Shown piece by piece: positions 38,992 through 50,696 of a stretch of DNA of 64,000 nt (position 1 is the stretch's first letter; each line of letters starts with the position of its first letter). This stretch comes from Trichosphaerium sp. ATCC 40318 (Eukaryota > Protista > Tubulinea), in contig JALMLS010000612.1 of the NCBI GenBank assembly GCA_038496445.1, positions 372,001 through 436,000 on the forward strand. Direction: 5' to 3'. The position numbers and the translations under genes were made by a program. Below the pieces are notes generated by a model. It did not search any database. It was not told the DNA's origin and saw only the letters and a list, made by a program, of their open reading frames with translations.

Positions 38992-41900
38992 TTATGTATT
39001 TATTGCAATGTGTGTATTTTGTTTTGGGAACATTAAAGTTGTCTTCATTTCAGTTACCGACTTGGGCAATTCTAATAAAGGCTTAACGCCAGTATACTTT
39101 ATACCATCAAAAGTAACATGTGGACAAAAGTATCTGATTGTTGCAATCACGGCATCAATGTTATCACCCCACCAATAAGGAATTGGCACAACTGTCACAC
39201 CTTTTAAAAAAAAACCGATTTAGTAAAATGTTGTGGTCTTTCTGGACAAACAAAATTTGTGGATTGTAATGATATATTTCTCTCTGTTTTCGTTTGAGGT
39301 ATTTAAACTAGTAATCATCCCAATGAAAAGAGAAAAAGAATTTGTTAAACGAAAAAAAGTAAACGAACCAATTTCACGACAAATTGCAAGCTTCTCAGTG
39401 TCTAGAGCATCTCTAGAGCTTGTAGATAAACCTTCAGGAAATATGTTATCCTTATAATGTTGCTCTCCTACAAGTCAATGAGTCATAAAAATATAACCAT
39501 AAAAGGAGGGTCAGACGTTGAAGAAAACAACATACCTTGGTATTCAACGACAATATCTAATTTAGGTATAAAAATATCAACTATTATTGGTGCGCCAGTA
39601 CTAGCCCTTAAACCAATGCAATGTTCTTCAAGAACAGAAAATTGAGGTAATATGCCCTGTATACACCTACTGAGGTACCTTGGAGAAACCTTTAAAAAAA
39701 AAGAACAAAGACAATTTGAGGTTTAGGTAGTTGATTCCATTTGCGTCTCCTTACCTTTGATTCGACTTTTGGTTCATGTGAAACTTTGTCCAATCCCAAG
39801 CGAACTCAGAGTCAAGCATTGATAATGCTTGAGGGTAATACTTTAATATACCGTATCCGCCAAGTGTTCTTATCTGGTGTTTTGAAACATTATACCTTTC
39901 AGCAGTTTAGTATCTTTTACAACTTTTGCTTTGACATTCCGTTCTCAAAATATTCTTACCATGCTGAAGGCTCTGTGATTTTCAAGCTAGCTGCAACAGT
40001 TTGTAAGAATTTTGCCTGATGGACTGTATTGGCCCATCTATTCGTAGGCTGCATAGGTATTAATTTATGTTGCCACCCGTAAGTGTGGTAAGTGACGCTC
40101 AATAGTCTCTTCAAAGAACCATACCTTCAAGCAATTAAAAACAAACTCATGATAAATAACGTACTTTTTAATCATATCTCCTCCGCCTCGATGTATCACA
40201 TCATTGGCGTCAAATCTATACCAATCATTTAATACTTTAACACCTAGTCTTTGACCAATATCATTTAACCGATTTCTTTCATTTTCTGCCCAATGAGCAT
40301 TTCTTGAAGGAAGATTAATATATGCATTACAATATGTTGTATCAAGCCGAAACTTACTTGAAGAATCCTGGAATCCATGCGTAATGGCTATATATACATT
40401 GCATTGCAAAACTTACAGAATTCTTGTACCTAAAGGATCATTAATAAGTAGTCCATTTCGAAAACTATTGATGCTTACTTTCGCATGATAGCACGTTCTC
40501 CTGTGTTTATAATATCATGACTTGTTACATTATACCAAGAATCCATATTTTTGATATTAAGTAACTCTGCAATACGTTCCATTGTAACACGTTGATAAGT
40601 AAGGTCATGAATGTTACCAGACAACATCTCATCACTTTTTTTGTTAATTTTAGTACATAACATGATTTACACCTTTGTAACGTACTCAAACTTTGATATA
40701 TTCCATCTATGGTTTGGGAATATTGCTTGAACTGCATTGGAAATAGCATTATCATACCTTCAAAAAAAGTACCATTAGCACCAACCTCTCAGATTAATTA
40801 CTGCAGATAAAATGTTTACTAAGTAAAAAAGCTCAATTTCTGAACGTACATAGACAGTATGATATTACCTCCCTCGTTCAGCGCATCTCTAGACATTACG
40901 GAATACCAATCATCCAAAATTTTAACGTTGAGTTTCTCGGCAAGAGATTGCATGAGCTTAGATTGATTATGTACAGAACTCCAATAATAATTTGGTGGAC
41001 GCCTTTTTTTGTTAGGGTAGTTTAACCACATTATAATCTTTATTTGCCCGTACATGAACTTCCATGCTTCCCAGTAGTAGTTGGGGAATAAAGATTGTAG
41101 CATTTTTGATATAGATTTACCATACCTATGCGAAAAACAAGTTGTTAAAAATAGAAACAGATAAAAGTATAAATTCTAAAAATAGTTTTTGGTCTACTGT
41201 GACCATACAACACAAAATATTAAAGTCAATACGTACTTCTGCATTAAACCTTCCGCAATACGCGCTAAATTCGATGATTCAACTTTATACCAACCGTCTA
41301 AAGTCTTTATATTTAAGGTAGAAGCCACACTTTGAATTTTTTGCATTTGGTTCTCTTTGTTATCCCAGAACTTTAATGGCATATTTCTAAACAGTATATT
41401 AATAAACAACGAGGTGATGAAGTACATAAAACATAAATTAGACACAAAGATAGGGAACGAGAAGCGCTCAAATAAGAGAAGAAAAAAAAAAATTACATAA
41501 AGCGCCAGTTTTCCCATTCGAATTCTGGGTATGTCGTGCTCAATAAAGCTGATATAGATCCGTGATGCCTAATATAAGTAAAGGTACTGTATTGGGATCG
41601 TCTGAAACATACTGTGAAAGCAAGGTTCGCCCACCATTTTCATAAAACTGACCACTGCGTTTTGCATACCAATCTTCGAGACATTTAACGCCTATTTTTT
41701 CGCCTATAGCACTGACAAGGTGTCTTCGATTACTCTCATCACTCCAATATGCACTTGGTACAGACCTATTCATTATGATTACGTCATGTAAGACACTACA
41801 AGTTCGTAGTGAAACTATTAAATGACTCTCAGCTGTCTTCTGAAGAACGTACTTAAAACGCCATGAAGCCCACGTGTGTTTTGGAAATACTTGTGGTAAT

Positions 41901-42245
41901 AGTTTTGCAATAGAGTTACTCTGATTCTTATTGGCAAGTGGTACAATCAATAGCCTCAAGTCACTTGAAACAATAAGTACGACCATAGCAAGTTGAATAA
42001 AAAGCTTAATGAGCTTAGTTTGACATCTAACGTACTTTGAAACGACTCCATTATCGTCAGTAAGAAGTATATCTTGCGGTGTGACGTTATACCACTCATC
42101 TAAAATACAAATGCCAAGTTTTTTGCTTATTTTGTTTATAGCGTCTCTTTTATGTAATACATTGCCTTGTCGTACATATTAGCATAAAAGTTGAACGAAT
42201 GAACGTACCAACATTCGTTATCTTGTTTATTGCTGAAATAGACAT
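38992..42245 (-). CDS. Tandem 'xxDWY' repeat protein (~7 repeats) with C-terminal PD-(D/E)XK/DUF559-like domain, paralogue 1
   Basis: Repeats P..YW....N....A..LNIK.LDDWY....GG..L..Y..S...L...FP...W..W.F; C-terminus VDIFIPKLDIVVEYQGEQHY..D.EK..CREIGVTVVPIPYWW; start uncertain. Confidence 0.8.
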
Positions 42246-42650
42246 CCCCTACGCGTGCGCTATCTTAAAACGAAACAATAGGGCTTGTTTATGTTTTGGC
42301 ACATTTCGTGCCTTCTAACAAGGTTGACACATACAAAATGGTCTAGCTTGCAGATAAAATACAATTGCAGTGGTAATAACGCAATCATGGCTTAAAATAT
42401 TTTATTTAAGTACACTGTTCCACCGTTTTATAGCCAATGAAACAACTTTACATAGGTTGGACATAAACTGCTGATGTAGACAATTAGCTACGAGCAATAT
42501 TAGGTGACGACATTAAAATGTCAAGAAGCAATTAAAGGAGCAAAGGATGACGAACATGGAAAAAAAATAACTACACAATTTTTCTTCCTATAGCACAATA
42601 CATTTGTTACATCAGTACAACCGCAAACCGTTTTACCATTTTGTTTTTGT

Positions 42651-44427
42651 TTATAGTGGTAACCCAGTTTCTTCTAAATCTTTATCAAGAAGTAACTTTC
42701 TTGTATAACGAAATACTGCCTTCATATTCTCTGTATCAATTGCACAACCTATCTTCGTATGTACATTAACATGTTTTGTCTTTGCCATGTATTTTGTAGT
42801 TATAAATTTTGAAACTTCTTCAAAAGTAGGTTCAACATCAAAGTCTTTAAAAATAGCCTTGATAGCCTTAGCAGATCTTTTAGGAGAAGATTTTAGTTTC
42901 TTCTTTAGTAAATCCGCCTTATTTAACATGAGAAGAATGAATTTATCTCGAAACCATGATGAATTTGACGTTTCTCCAAAAAGCTGAATTGATTCAAGCA
43001 TTCTGTTTGTGGTTGCGTGTTCTTCAAGAACTTGATCAACTAGGGAAATATAATTAGTACAGGCTATCAAATAAAAAGAGTACTCTAAACTACTATGCAT
43101 TGGCAATGAAATTCATGCCGAAATCTTTTTTTTTCGTCATGACAAACAGCGAAAACTCATTTTGATTTGATGTATTTAGTACGTACATGCGTCAATTGCT
43201 CCAATAAAAATGACTGCTGTGACATCACCGAAGCAATGAAGCCATTTCCTTGATATAATGATTAGTAACACGTATCTATTATTCATTATTTAATTTTAAC
43301 GAACCTTCGCTCAGCACGTTGTCCACCGACGTCTACAAGGTTAAAATCTAATTTTCCTATCCTAGAGAAAACGTGTTAATTTTTTCTCTTGCCAAACGCC
43401 GCGACGCCGATTTATACAAATAAAGATACTTACGGAAATTGTAGTTCTACAATGCCAGTTGTACGGAATGTAGCCTTCAGTATATCTTCGTTTGTTGGTG
43501 TAAAATCATCAGCAGCAAATTTAACGGCATTTTTTATATAACTATAGTCGTAAGTTAAAAAAAAATGAACAGGCGAAGACGTTTGCTTGGAACTTCCTTA
43601 AAAAGATATTGTTCAACAAAAACCAAATAAAGCAAATACGACAATTTTTTTACCAATACAGGCTAAACAAGTCATATATTTACGACATTTTTCATTTGAT
43701 TTATGGAGCACAATTGCCTTTTTTTTTATCTCAAAAAAATGGACGTACAAATCAGCTTGACAAGAGAGCTCAGGAATTTCGTTTCTGAACTTCCAAACGT
43801 CTTTTATCGTGCTATCTTTCCAACATGTTTCAATAGATTTTGCAATATCCTTTGTTAGTTTATCTGCATCATATATAACACGTCCAAGCTCCTAAATTAA
43901 AAAAACGTTAATAAATCTTTTTACATAAAACTGAAATAAAAATTCAATTGATACGTTATAATACCTTATTCTCTTCTTCTAACTCCATGTTTCGCTCTTT
44001 TGCAACGAATAAAAGCCATTGCATCGATGTTAAAGCATTATTACGTAGTATAAATTGAAATTTGGAGATTTCCGTCTCGTTCCAACCACCACAGAATACC
44101 AACTTCATTTGCTATTGGGTAGTTAGCTTTTGGTGAAAGAAATTATGTTTTGTGCTTGTTTAACATGTTACCTTTGCGAAAGTCGATTTTCCAGAGCTGC
44201 CAGTACCTGGGGACGAAGCGTTAGATCTTCTGAATAAAACAAATGTGGCTTTTTGTAGTAAAACTTGTAGATTACTCTCTTATGCTATTCATACCTAATA
44301 TGAGTATTTTTATCTCCCTGGCTTGTTCTTTTTTAACGAGTTTCAGTGCTTCGTCTATTTGCTTCGAGCGTTTACGTGCGGCTGGCGTACTCGTGGTTGG
44401 GGCATCTGAACTACCACAGCAGGCCAT
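42651..44427 (-). CDS. Heterotrimeric G-protein alpha subunit (atypical)
   Basis: MACC N-terminus, KILILGTGSSGKSTFAKQMK, DVGGQRAERRKWLHCF, NKAD and CAIDTEN motifs. Confidence 0.93.
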
Positions 44428-44620
44428 CGGACAATCCAGGTTAAAGTTTCTAACTTAAGAACTGACTCCACTGACTTTTCGGAGTTTGTAGATTGCACTG
44501 AAGTCAAAGGGGTAAGGGAATAAGTAATTTGTAATCGCGTGATCATTCATTCTAAGCCGCAATCCTTGCTTAATGAAAAACGTGTAGACAGTTTCCGTAA
44601 AAAGCAATCGACTACGCGTG

Positions 44621-47600
44621 ATGAACAGCACGCCACGGTTTAATGTTTCTCGATTATCCGTCCCTGGAGACACTTCTGTGGTATCGCGTAAACGCAAAAA
44701 CGTTGGTAGCAGTTTTCCTGCATCCACTGGACAACCTTCCACCGCAATATCAGCAGTCTCACGCGCGCCGGCTGAAGGATCGGATGGCATTGTAATAATG
44801 GCGATTTGTGAAAACAGATCTAGAGAGGCACGCACCCGCCAGTGTTCGCTTCTAATAAAGGCAACTAGGTGGGTATTGCATCAATGAACCTCAAGAGCCC
44901 TGTTCTTCATATGAGCCAATTCTGCGACAGCGTAACCTACGTAGATACATCGACAGCTATCTTTACAAACCAACCAGCAGAGGTAACGTTCTTGTTTCAA
45001 CAACCATCCTAATATCTTTAGATCTTAATCCCAAATACTGCATTGCATTCTGCACTCCATCAAGTGCGCACAATTACCAAACTTGAATCTAATCTAACAC
45101 AGCTCATTCAAAACCAATATCCTGAAGTACCCGTCATCACTGTTGCGCGCAAATACTTTTCTGAGACTAAAGGCACAGCTCTATTCGTTGTGTCCCTAAC
45201 TTCTTAAAAAAGGAGCGATATGTGTAAACGATTTGGTTCAACAAGAGTGTAAAACAGTTGATATGGGATCTGAGGAACGATACTTATCCCTTGCTGCGGC
45301 AGCAGCATTACTCAAGCACGATTAAAACCTAAAGTAAACTACTAACAGCGAGTAGATACATACAATTTGTTCAACATATTCAATACCCGAAGAACTCTTT
45401 AAAAGTACTTGAATGTTTAGTTGCATTCACTAAAAAGGGTTTTTGAAATAGGTTGAATTTAAAGGAAGCTTTGGGACAGTAGCAATAGATAGAATCTCAC
45501 TACGTGCTCTCGGTACGTTTTAGCAACTATGGCAGTCGTCCTGAGTTCATGTATAGAGGTATTGAGAAGTGCAAGGTCAGGAGATAAAAAGAAATCACTG
45601 TTTGGTGTTGTAAACCATACCAAAACTGTTGGAGGAGGTACACACTGGGTTATATATGTACTACTTATTCCATTGTTTATAAAGCTCGCATGCTTCGTAC
45701 AAACCTTGTTCAACCTTTAAGTGATGTTCCTGCTATCACACAGCGTCTAGCCTCAGTAAAGGAGCTTGTAGAAAACGAACAGGTATGGTAAGCAAAAACA
45801 AACGTGTAACTAACCTTTGTGTTCCACTCTAGATGTATTTCGACGTATCTGGAATTCTGGGACAATTTGTAGATTTAGATCATCTAAGTAAATTGCGGCG
45901 GTTTTTTTTTTCTAACTTCTCAACCTTTAGTCACTTTGTTGGTTCACGTGCCTAATCCTGGAAAGAAGCAAACGCTTAAGAATTCCCAAGCGACTATTAA
46001 AAACATAATTTACTTAAAGCACACGCTCAAACTAATGCCGGGCATCTCAGATGCACTAGAGGTGAACATATAAATATTCTTGTTTTTTTCTGATTGAGCC
46101 TAATACAAACATAAACACAGGATAGCAAGAGCGACTTATTGAAGGCTGCCTGTGCCAATTTCAAGCAAGAAGATGTAGATATTCTTCTAAATTTAATTGA
46201 CAGCATAATAAACGATAACACAGTACTACGTAAAGGTGTTCTACAAATGTTAAGTCAGGTAAGTAGTAGAAACAAATTTCATCCAAATCGATCAATTTGA
46301 GCAAAAAAAACTAAAAACACCAAACCGTAGAAATGCTTTGCTGTGAAGCCAGGAGTTGATGGTATGCTAGATGTTGCCAGACAGATTTACACAGAAACTG
46401 TGAAAGGTACATACTATAAACCATTTTAAATGGCTAAACTCGCTATCCAGATATATACGCAACAGCTGACAGATATCGCGAACACTTTGGTATTTCAAAG
46501 ATTTCAGTGAAATATTCTACCAAAAGAGGATACTATTTCTCTATTCCAGTAACTGGTTACCAGCTACCTCCAATTTTTCTACGATTGTCTAAACAAGGTA
46601 AAACCTGGTAAGCGAGTTGTTTTCGTATTAGTACCTAAGCAGAAGCAGGACTTGTACTACAGACGAGATTGTATCGATAAATCAGCGTAACAAAGAAAGT
46701 CTTCGGGAAGTTTTTGTATTGACAGATAGGATTCTATCAAACCTCATAGCATCTATTCGGGAGCGCTTGGGTGCTATTTATAAGATTGCAGAATCATTGG
46801 CTTTTGTCGATATGCTTACAAGGTCAGTTGAAAAAAATTGTGGTTGTTTACATCTTTTTTTTTAGCTTCGCTACCTATGCTAAACGGAATGATAACTGTT
46901 GTATGTAGTGTCATATTTTCGTAAACATTACTGACATATTAGGTTGTCCTGAAGTAACAAAAGACGGGGCGATAGCCATCAGTCAAGGTGTACGTCTCCC
47001 TTTTTTTCTTTTCTTTTTTTTTTTACACTTTGTCGTTAGAAACATCCTATCCTTGATAGCATAACAAGGTACGCTTTACCATTGGTTAGAACAGAAGTTT
47101 CTGACAGTTGTAAAACGAAGAGAACCTCACATGCCAAACAACACATACGCCTCAGAATCTCAAAATTTTCACATCATCACTGGTCCTAACATGTCTGGTA
47201 AAAGTACATACTTGACGCAAGTATGCCTCTTGACTATTCTAGCGCATGCAGGTACTTCAAACTCCCCATCTGATGATGGTTTTCTTAACTCATTGAAATC
47301 AAAAAAAAAACTAACCAAGTCAAAAAAGGCTGCTATGTGCCTGCAGTTTTTGCTTCTTTCAGAGTCACTGACCGAATATTTACTCGTACGTTACTTTTTT
47401 GATAGTGCAGTTCGAGTACGTTTTTAACAACGAAATATTAAGGCGTTGGCACTAGTGACAGCATAGAGAATAATACTAGTAGTTTCATGCAAGAGCTAAA
47501 AGAAATGTCATCAATACTAAAGGTATGAAGAAAATCGTATTCTGTGTGGTTATCACCCATTTGACGACTATGCATAGAACGCCACAGATAAAAGTTTAAT

Positions 47601-48247
47601 CATTGTCGACGAGCTTGGTAGAAGCACCTCAAATAGAGATGCAGGTTAGTACTAACATTTTAACTATGGAACTTCATCCATGCTCGTTGTTCAACGATTG
47701 GCTTTTAAGTTAAGCTGGTTTTTTTAGTACCCCTTTGTTTTAGTATATCAGAGTATCTACTCTCAATCAAAGCGTTCACTTTCTTTGCAACACATTATGT
47801 TGATATAGGGGAGAAGTTATCAAAGCTATACTCTAATGCTAAATGTCATCACCTTGTTGTACGAATGGAGTAAACGGTGGGTTTGTTTTCATTATTCAGT
47901 TAGGTCCAAAAAGTAGGCCAAAAAATGAAGTTTTCATATCAGTTAGATGATGGAGCTACTAAAGAAACCAGCTATGGTATTGATATGGCATGTTACTCTG
48001 GATTGCCAACGGTATGGTTTGTAGAACTTATTTGAAACTTATTCTTGTTTTTTTATTGCAGAGCCTTGTTGAAGATGCTAGGAGTATTAGATCTAAGATT
48101 CTAGAGCTTGATTCTAACATAGATGAATCAGATTCTCTTCGAGCACATTATATGCTTGCAGAGAGGTTATTAATGTTAAAAAATTCTACACTGAGTGAAG
48201 AAGGGCTTCGTGCCTACTTAATTGATTTGAAACAAAAATTTGCCTAA
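44621..48247 (+). CDS. MSH4: MutS homologue 4 (meiotic crossover factor)
   Basis: No mismatch-binding domain; ENRSREVGIA, SLFGVVNHTKTVGG, FAVKPGVDGMLDVAR, ITGPNMSGKSTYL, DSIENNTSSF, IVDELGRSTS, FATH. Confidence 0.88.
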
Positions 48248-48349
48248 ATAAAAAATAAACTGAACGTCGTCAAGAGCTTGAGAAAGCACAAATCTTCATT
48301 AAAGATTATAGTCATCATTTTTCTATGTTTGAACAGAAATAACAAAGGT

Positions 48350-50030
48350 AAACGAGTATTAAAAGTTGAGTTGTTTTATTGACGTGAGTAATTCTTAGTT
48401 GTAGTTACTTGTTGTCGCTGCTCAATAACATCTAGCACTTGGGCCTGCAGAGCCAGTATCCACTTTTCTGATTCCGGCTGTAGTCCCAGCATCCAGTCTG
48501 TTGATTGACCTTTCGGACCAACAAAGTTCAGGTATAATCTCAACGACATCATATTGAGCGTAGATGCTGACAGCGAAACGGAATCTATCTCCTTCAATTT
48601 TGTGAGTTGGGAAATCAACACCATTCACATAGAATGTCACTTCTTTCTTATCCACATCTAATCTGATACCGACATAACTACCTGAAGCAAACGTAGATAA
48701 GACACGGTTTTCTAAAAACTTGAAACACGTTTTGATGAACAAAAAACAACAAAAGTACCTGTGATTACAGCTCTTCTTGTGGTTCTATCATAAGTCTTTT
48801 CATAGTAAATAGAACAATCAGAAATGTTCATGTGGGCTCCACCAACATTGCTTGGTGGTAGGCCAGGAAGAATGGTAAGATCTACAGTCTCATCGTCAGG
48901 CATGACACCAAAGTAAATGTTGCTTGTTCTGTGTGTCAATCTATCAATGAATTTATGAGTAACAGGCGGGTACTATTCTTGTGAATATTGTAGAACGCAC
49001 TTGAATTCAGCATGGTGAATGCCTGAATCGTAAGAATCCAAGAGCAAGCATGTTGCGTTTTTAGTTGCAGTAAAATGATTCAATGCAGTGTCATTATTGA
49101 ACGTGAGCAAGCTTGGTTCTTTCTTCAATGGATCGAATCTGAATGGACCATCATAGCCATTCAAGTTTTGTTGTTTCAAAGCAAGCATCAATCCTGTCAC
49201 CTACACACCGACAAATAAGTAAATGTGACCACAAGAAAAAAGAGTATTAGTAGCGTACAGTTGCTTTTATGCTCTGTAAATCTGCTCCTGCTGTTTGAGC
49301 TCGTCTCTTCAATGGGAAGTCTATGTTTCTAACCATGCCATAGTTATCGACTTCAGTAAGAATGAGATCCAAGATCTTTCCTTTTGGTGGCATTGTAGAA
49401 AGCGTGCAGCCGTATTCCTTTTGAAAAGTGAATAAAAAATAAACATAGAAGCTATTTTGGATACGCACCCCATTTACGCCAAAACCAAAGGCAGTAATCA
49501 AATGACCTGCTGTTTGAAAACGACCTTCGGTGGTTGCTTTGATTTGAGCAGTATTGAGCTCCAAGTTGTGTTGATCGAACAGACCTGCTCCGTTGATGAT
49601 AAGGCTATCACCAGTGCTTGTAATGGTAAAGTCTATCTTATCCAAGTTGAACTGAATCTGAGAAGTAGGAGTCGAACCGACTGTGATTGATACTGTTGGA
49701 TCTGGTGGTGATGACATGTTGTTACTGATGTTGATTGTTTGTTATGATATGGTATGTGGTAAGTCAGGTTCTGTTAAGCGTTCTCACTATAAAATGCTAC
49801 AAAAAAAATACAAATTGGCTATCGAGGTAGTTGTCTTCATTCTGCACGTGATATGAGATAGTTTTTGGTTCAAAAAGGGGTGAACAACTAAAAATACGCT
49901 AGTGGCGTATAACAACTCAGAAATATCCGCATAGCTACAGTGGGAGTACTATAGATTGTTTTGGTATGTTGCGTCATCCCAGAATTTAAAGTGCACATAA
50001 AACGTACGTGGTTGATTGTGACAGGTAGGA
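48350..50030 (-). repeat. Inverted segmental duplication, copy B
   Basis: Near-identical reverse complement of 32716-34378. Confidence 0.95.
48422..49717 (-). CDS. SPRY/B30.2-domain protein copy B (intact), 5 exons
   Basis: Open spliced frame including SYDSGIHHAEF, NIYFGV and VGIRLDVDKKEVTFYVNG. Confidence 0.8.
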
Positions 50031-50696
50031 TGACTTATGTATAAAACACCTCTATTCAGCGGAAACGATGTGTTTTTGGGTTAGAACATTTTGTGTTCTT
50101 TTTGAAAAAGGACGCGATGGATTTGTGACAGGTAATGCTAAAAACTAAAATAAACACTGTTGGTAGGCATCTTGAAGAATAAGCATACAGTACGCATAAA
50201 AGGTTATATAAACCACTGCTGATTATTTGACAGGTACAACGAATACACTATCTGAGTAGAAACAGGCTCTTACCACTTGGTAGAATGGTTTTAACAACGT
50301 TTGCTTATTGTTACGAGAACGAGTCTGGGTAAAATGGATCTCTGCACGCTATCTTAATCTGTGTACACTAATTTCTGTTTAAAAACCTATCACTTTCTTC
50401 GCTAGCATTTCACGTTTAGTACAATGTTCTCACTGCTCCAAATGCTTCCTGCCTACATTTAACTCTCACCAAACTGCAGTGATATTGGTACAGCTCTGTG
50501 TATATTTTTCTGGATGATATTTACGTAGACCGAGATGAGAGAGCAAGCACACTTACAAATCAACAAGGTTTTGTAACAAAAAAAATCACGTGACTGGGAT
50601 TGTCAAGGCGTTTTTTCGAACCAAAAAATTTTTGTGGTGAACAAAAGCATACTTTTGTTACAACAACTCTTTTTATTTTTTATTAGTAGTATTTTG

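Noticed and set aside
32716-50030. Inverted repeats as TIRs of a large transposon (Polinton-like)
   Set aside because: The repeats are an intron-containing host gene; no transposase, integrase, polB or capsid gene lies between them
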